NCBI RefSeq assembly: GCF_009834535.1
Contig: NC_045697.1
Span: 13,766,001-13,830,000, forward strand
Length of the DNA stretch: 64,000 nucleotides
Direction of reading: 5' to 3'
From: Camelus ferus
Lineage: Eukaryota
Of the stretch, positions 60,030 through 64,000 are shown in pieces (the first letter of the stretch is position 1; each line of letters opens with the position of its first letter). The notes under the pieces are model-generated. The model did not search any database. It saw only the letters and a list, made by a program, of their open reading frames with translations, and had not been told where the DNA came from. The position numbers were made by a program, and so were the translations under genes.

Positions 60030-62382
60030 AAAAAAAAATCTTGGAAATCAATGAAAAAAAAGAAAAAAAAGAAAAGAAAAACTAGTTCTTTGAAAAGAGC
60101 GATAAAATTGATAAACCTCCATGAAGGCTAAATAAAAATAAAGGGAGAGGCTACAAATTGCTCTTATTAGAAATGAAAGAGGGGACATCATTATATATCC
60201 TAGGGACATGGTAAGGATAATTTTTAAAAAACAACAAATTTATGCCCACAAATTTGATAACCTAGATAAAATAGAACATTTCCTTATAACACACTTTTTG
60301 CCAAAACTCACACAGGAAGAAACAGACAATCTAAATAGGCCCACATCTGTTAACAAAATTAAATTCATAATTAATAACCTTCTAAACCAGAAAGCAGCAG
60401 GCCCAGACAGGCTTACATGTGAATTGTGCCAACATGTAAGAAAGACATTATACCAAATTTCTAAAATCTCTTGCAGAGTATAAAAGGAAAAGGAATACGT
60501 CTTAACTCATTTTCTGAGGCCAGGATTACTCTCATACCAAAACCATACAAAGATTTACAAGAAAAGGAAGGTCCACACCAATAGCTCTTATAAACATAGA
60601 TGCAAAAATCCTTAACAAAATAATAGCAAATTTAACCCAACAGTATAGAAAAAGTACGATATACAGCCAATAAGTGGGATTTATCCTAGGTATGCCAATC
60701 TGATGCAACAGTTGAAGAAAACAATTAATATAAATCATCACAGCAACAGGCTAAAAAAGAAAAATCACATAAACATAATTAATAGGTGCATAAAAAGCAT
60801 TTGACAAAATCCAACACCGATTTTTGATAAAAACTTTTAGAAAACTAGAAATAAAGGGGGATTTATTCCACTTGATTGGATGGTTTACAAAACCCCACAG
60901 CTAACATTACACTGAATGGTGACAAACCTGAAGCTTTTCCACTAAGATCGCATATAGGGAGGGGATGTCACCTCTCACCACTCTTTTCCAACACTGTATT
61001 GGAAGGTAGAGCTGATGTGGTAAGACAAGAAAAATCAACAATAAGAGGTGTACAGATTAGGGAGGAAGAAAGGGAACTTTTTGTTTTCAAATGACATGAT
61101 CATTTATGTAGAAAATCTGGAAGAACTAACAACAACAAAAAAAAAAACTCCTGGAATCAATAGGCAATTTATCTAGGTTGCAGGATTTAATGGTAATATA
61201 CCAAAGTCAATTGCTTTCTTATATCCCAGCAATGAGCAAATATAATTTGAAATTAAAAACACTGTATCATTTACATTAACACCCCCCAAAAGAAATAATA
61301 AAGTATAAATCTAACAAAATATGTAAAAGACCAATCTAAGGAAAACTATATAACTCTAATGAATAAAATCAAATCACAGAACTTATACTGTTCACAAAAA
61401 TTAACATAAATCACAGATCTAATTGTAAAATGCAAAACTATAAAACTTTTAGAAGATAACATGGGAGAAAAAGGGATGACCTTGGATATGGCAATGACCT
61501 TTGATATAAAACACCAAAGGCACAATCCATAAAAGAAATAATTCATAAGTGAAACTTCATTAAAATTCAAACCCCTGCTCTACAAAACACAATGTTAAAA
61601 GAGTGAAAAGAAAAGCCACAGACTGAGAAAACATATCTGCAAAGACACATCTGATAAAGGACTGTTATCCAAAATATACAAAGAACTCTTTAAAACTCAG
61701 CAATAAAAAAACCAGCAGATTAAAAAAATGAACTAAAGACCCCCACAAACATTTCACCAGAGAAGATAGACAGATGTCAAATAAGCATATAAAAATGTGC
61801 TCCACATTACATGTCATCAGCGAAATCCAAAATAAAATGGAAATGAGATAGCACACAAATGTATTGAAGTGGCCAAAATCCAGAACACTGACAACATCAA
61901 GTGGTGACAAGAATGTGGAGCAACAGGAACACTCACCCATTCCTGGTGGGAGTGCAGAATGGCACAGCTACTTTGGAAGATGGTTTGGCCGTTTCTTAGA
62001 AAACTGAACACGCTTTTACCCTGTGGTCCCACAATCACACTCCTTGGTATTTACCTGAAACAGTTGGAAAATTATGCTTACTCCTGTGTCTGCACATGGA
62101 TGTTTATAGTAGCTTTATTCATAATTGCCAAAACTTGGAAGCAACCAAAATGTCTTTCAGTAGGTGAATGGAAAAACAAACTACGAAACAACCAGGTAAT
62201 GGAACACTCTTTATTTCTGAAAAGAAATGAGCTATCAAGTCATGAAAAGACATAGAGTCAACTTAAATGGTATTACTAAGTAAAAGAAGCCAATCTGAAA
62301 AAAAACTTACTGTGATTCCAACTATATTATATTCTGGGAAAGGCAAAACTATAGAGTTCATGAAAAGATTGGTGGCTGCCAC
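60030..62382 (+). mobile_element. L1MC1/2-like ORF2 relic (RT to C-terminus and start of 3' UTR) with internal deletion
   Basis: ORFs 60208, 60876 (PTANITLNGDKPEAFPLRS..GCHLSPLF) and 61959 (LLGIY ... MFIVALFIIAKTWKQPKC) are ORF2p homologues; aaagaaatgagctatcaagtcatgaaaagac is L1MC-like; homology jumps near 61375. Confidence 0.92.
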
Positions 62383-62714
62383 CGGTCTGACCAAGTATTT
62401 CAATAAGAGAACATTCAGATTCTGCAAACATCAATTAATGGCTTATTTTTATTTATGTTTTGTTTTTATTGTTTCATTCTCATAACAGTAGCTGCCTGAG
62501 GCTGGAGGAAGGCGTTAATTGCTCCAATCTTAACGAGGTGAATAGGTGGGAACATTCAGTAAGGGATGTCCTGAAAGAGAGTAAGACCAGCAGCCGGGAA
62601 AACATTCAATCAAAGGGGAGAGAACTATTGTTTTCAGTTGCTATTCCTACTATAATGTACATAAGGAGACAATACTTACTCCATTCAGGGACAGCGACTC
62701 CATAAGCAAATAAT

Positions 62715-62724
62715 GTCACGTGAC
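62715..62724. promoter_or_regulatory. Perfect GTCACGTGAC palindrome (CLEAR / USF / MiT-TFE E-box consensus)
   Basis: Exact 10-bp palindrome with intact CpG in unique sequence; function untested. Confidence 0.25.
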
Positions 62725-63011
62725 TAGATGGAGTGAGACAGAACAATTAACAGAACTTCTTTGAATGCCGACGAAAAAACCCTCCAAATGAATCTTAATA
62801 TGATCCTCTATAAAGATCCTATGGGCATTTTCCACTCCAGCTCTCAACAGCTGAAGAATAAGAAGTTATAAAGCAAAACTAGGATAACCAAGGGAAGAGT
62901 GGTTGAGGAGTACTGAATATCAACGTGTAGGGGAGAGAAATTTGGAGAATTGTAGTCCCTAGGTTGTCACTTTAGAGGTTATCATAAAAGGAGCTGAAAC
63001 TGAACAGACGG

Positions 63012-63468
63012 CATATTGGTTCATTATGGGGGGGTGCCATATCACCTGAAAACTTAGTGGCTTAAAACAAGTATTTATTATTTCTTATAGTTCTGTGGAT
63101 TGACCGGGAGGCTCCCCCATTTCATGTGATGTCCGCAGGGGTCACTCACGAATATGAAAGCTCAGCCAGAGCCCTCAGGCCTCTTTCATGTGGGCTCTCT
63201 GTCCATGTGCTGTTTTATCTTGAAGGACCTCTTCTTGTGGCCTCTCTCCAGCAGAAAAGCTTGGATACCTTTAAGTGTGGTAGCTGGATTCTAAGAGACA
63301 GCATTCTGATCAGAAAAGCAACAATGTGTAAATGTGTATCAAGACTCTATTACGTCGCACTTGCTAATGCTCCATTGGCCCAGAGGTAATGTGGGAGGGG
63401 ACTGACTATACAAGATTTGAAATTCTGGGGTAATAGTCCTTTGGTCCACCCATGGAATAGTCTTCCAC
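63012..63468 (-). mobile_element. MLT1G/H-like MaLR LTR
   Basis: aaaacttagtggcttaaaacaa ... ttctgtggattgaccgg ... cttgctaatgctccattggcc ... gggagggactg ... tagtcttccaca. Confidence 0.8.
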
Positions 63469-63567
63469 AGGCACTGAGGTCTAAATAGGCTACTGAGTAC
63501 CACAGTGAGTACCACAAGTATCATCCAGGTATTACCATGCCACAGCGAGCATCTTTAAATTTTCATT

Positions 63568-63872
63568 ATTTATTTTTTAAGACTATACTTTAGAGCAGTT
63601 TAAAATTGAGCAGAAGATATAGAGATTCCCTGTATACCCACCACTGCCACACACGCATAGCCTCCCCCATTATCCACATCCCCTCAGAGGGCTACACTTG
63701 TTACAATTGGTGAACCTACCTTGACGCATCATGTTTGCCCAAAGTCCATAGTTTACATTAGCATTCACTCTTGGTGTTGTACAGTTTATGGGTTTGGACA
63801 AATGAGCATTAACCTGTATCTATCATTATAGTTGCATACAGAGTATTTTTATTAACCTAAAAATCCTTTATG
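63568..63872 (-). mobile_element. L1MC1-like 3' end
   Basis: tttttaagactatactttagagcagtttt ... gttacaattggtgaacctacc ... ccaaagtccatagtttacattag ... cagagtatttt ... cctaaaaatcc. Confidence 0.85.
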
Positions 63873-64000
63873 AATGCTGCCCTGTAAGTATACTGTAACA
63901 GGGATAAAAAAAAAAAAAACTGAAAACAACTGTTCTATCCCCTTTGACTGAATATTTTCCCAGCTGTTGATCTGACTCTTTTTCAGGACATCACTTAAAT

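Noticed and set aside
1..64000. ORF track as host protein-coding genes
   Set aside because: All ORFs are 180 aa or shorter and many start at non-ATG codons. Those with recognisable homology are L1 ORF1/ORF2, L2 RT or ERV-L pol remnants. No multi-exon host gene could be assembled.
1..64000. CRISPR array, tRNA/rRNA genes, CpG island or prokaryotic system
   Set aside because: No regularly spaced repeat-spacer array, cloverleaf, rRNA homology or CpG-rich island seen; the sequence is eutherian, based on its MIR/L2/MaLR content.

Overview
AT-rich, CpG-depleted eutherian genomic DNA (intronic or intergenic), with roughly half of it recognisable interspersed repeat. I see no intact protein-coding gene, RNA gene, CpG island or CRISPR array. 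The supplied ORFs are either L1/L2/ERV remnants or chance ORFs. The repeat content points to a camelid: it has cetartiodactyl-type young L1 3' ends but I saw no ruminant, pig, cetacean, carnivore, horse or primate SINEs (inference). Repeats include MIR, L2, MER5A/B, MER102, MaLR and ERVL LTRs, L1ME/L1MC/L1MA relics, and a degraded ERV-L provirus (protease, RT, integrase, LTR; about 50.3-57.3 kb) carrying nested insertions. I found no convincing novel biological system. The best observations are mechanistic. (1) A 57-bp templated copy of a neighbouring L1. (2) A poly(A)-only insertion with a perfect 15-bp TSD. (3) A short L1 with an apparent 3' transduction. (4) A twin-primed L1. (5) A likely L1-associated deletion of an ERV 5' LTR. 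(6) An L1MC that may be split into three pieces. There are also candidate frame-preserving microexons (13.4 and 14.2 kb) and an enhancer-like MEF2/E-box/ETS block (58.2-58.9 kb). Repeat family names come from recalled consensus sequences, not from a database search, and boundaries of old repeats are approximate.
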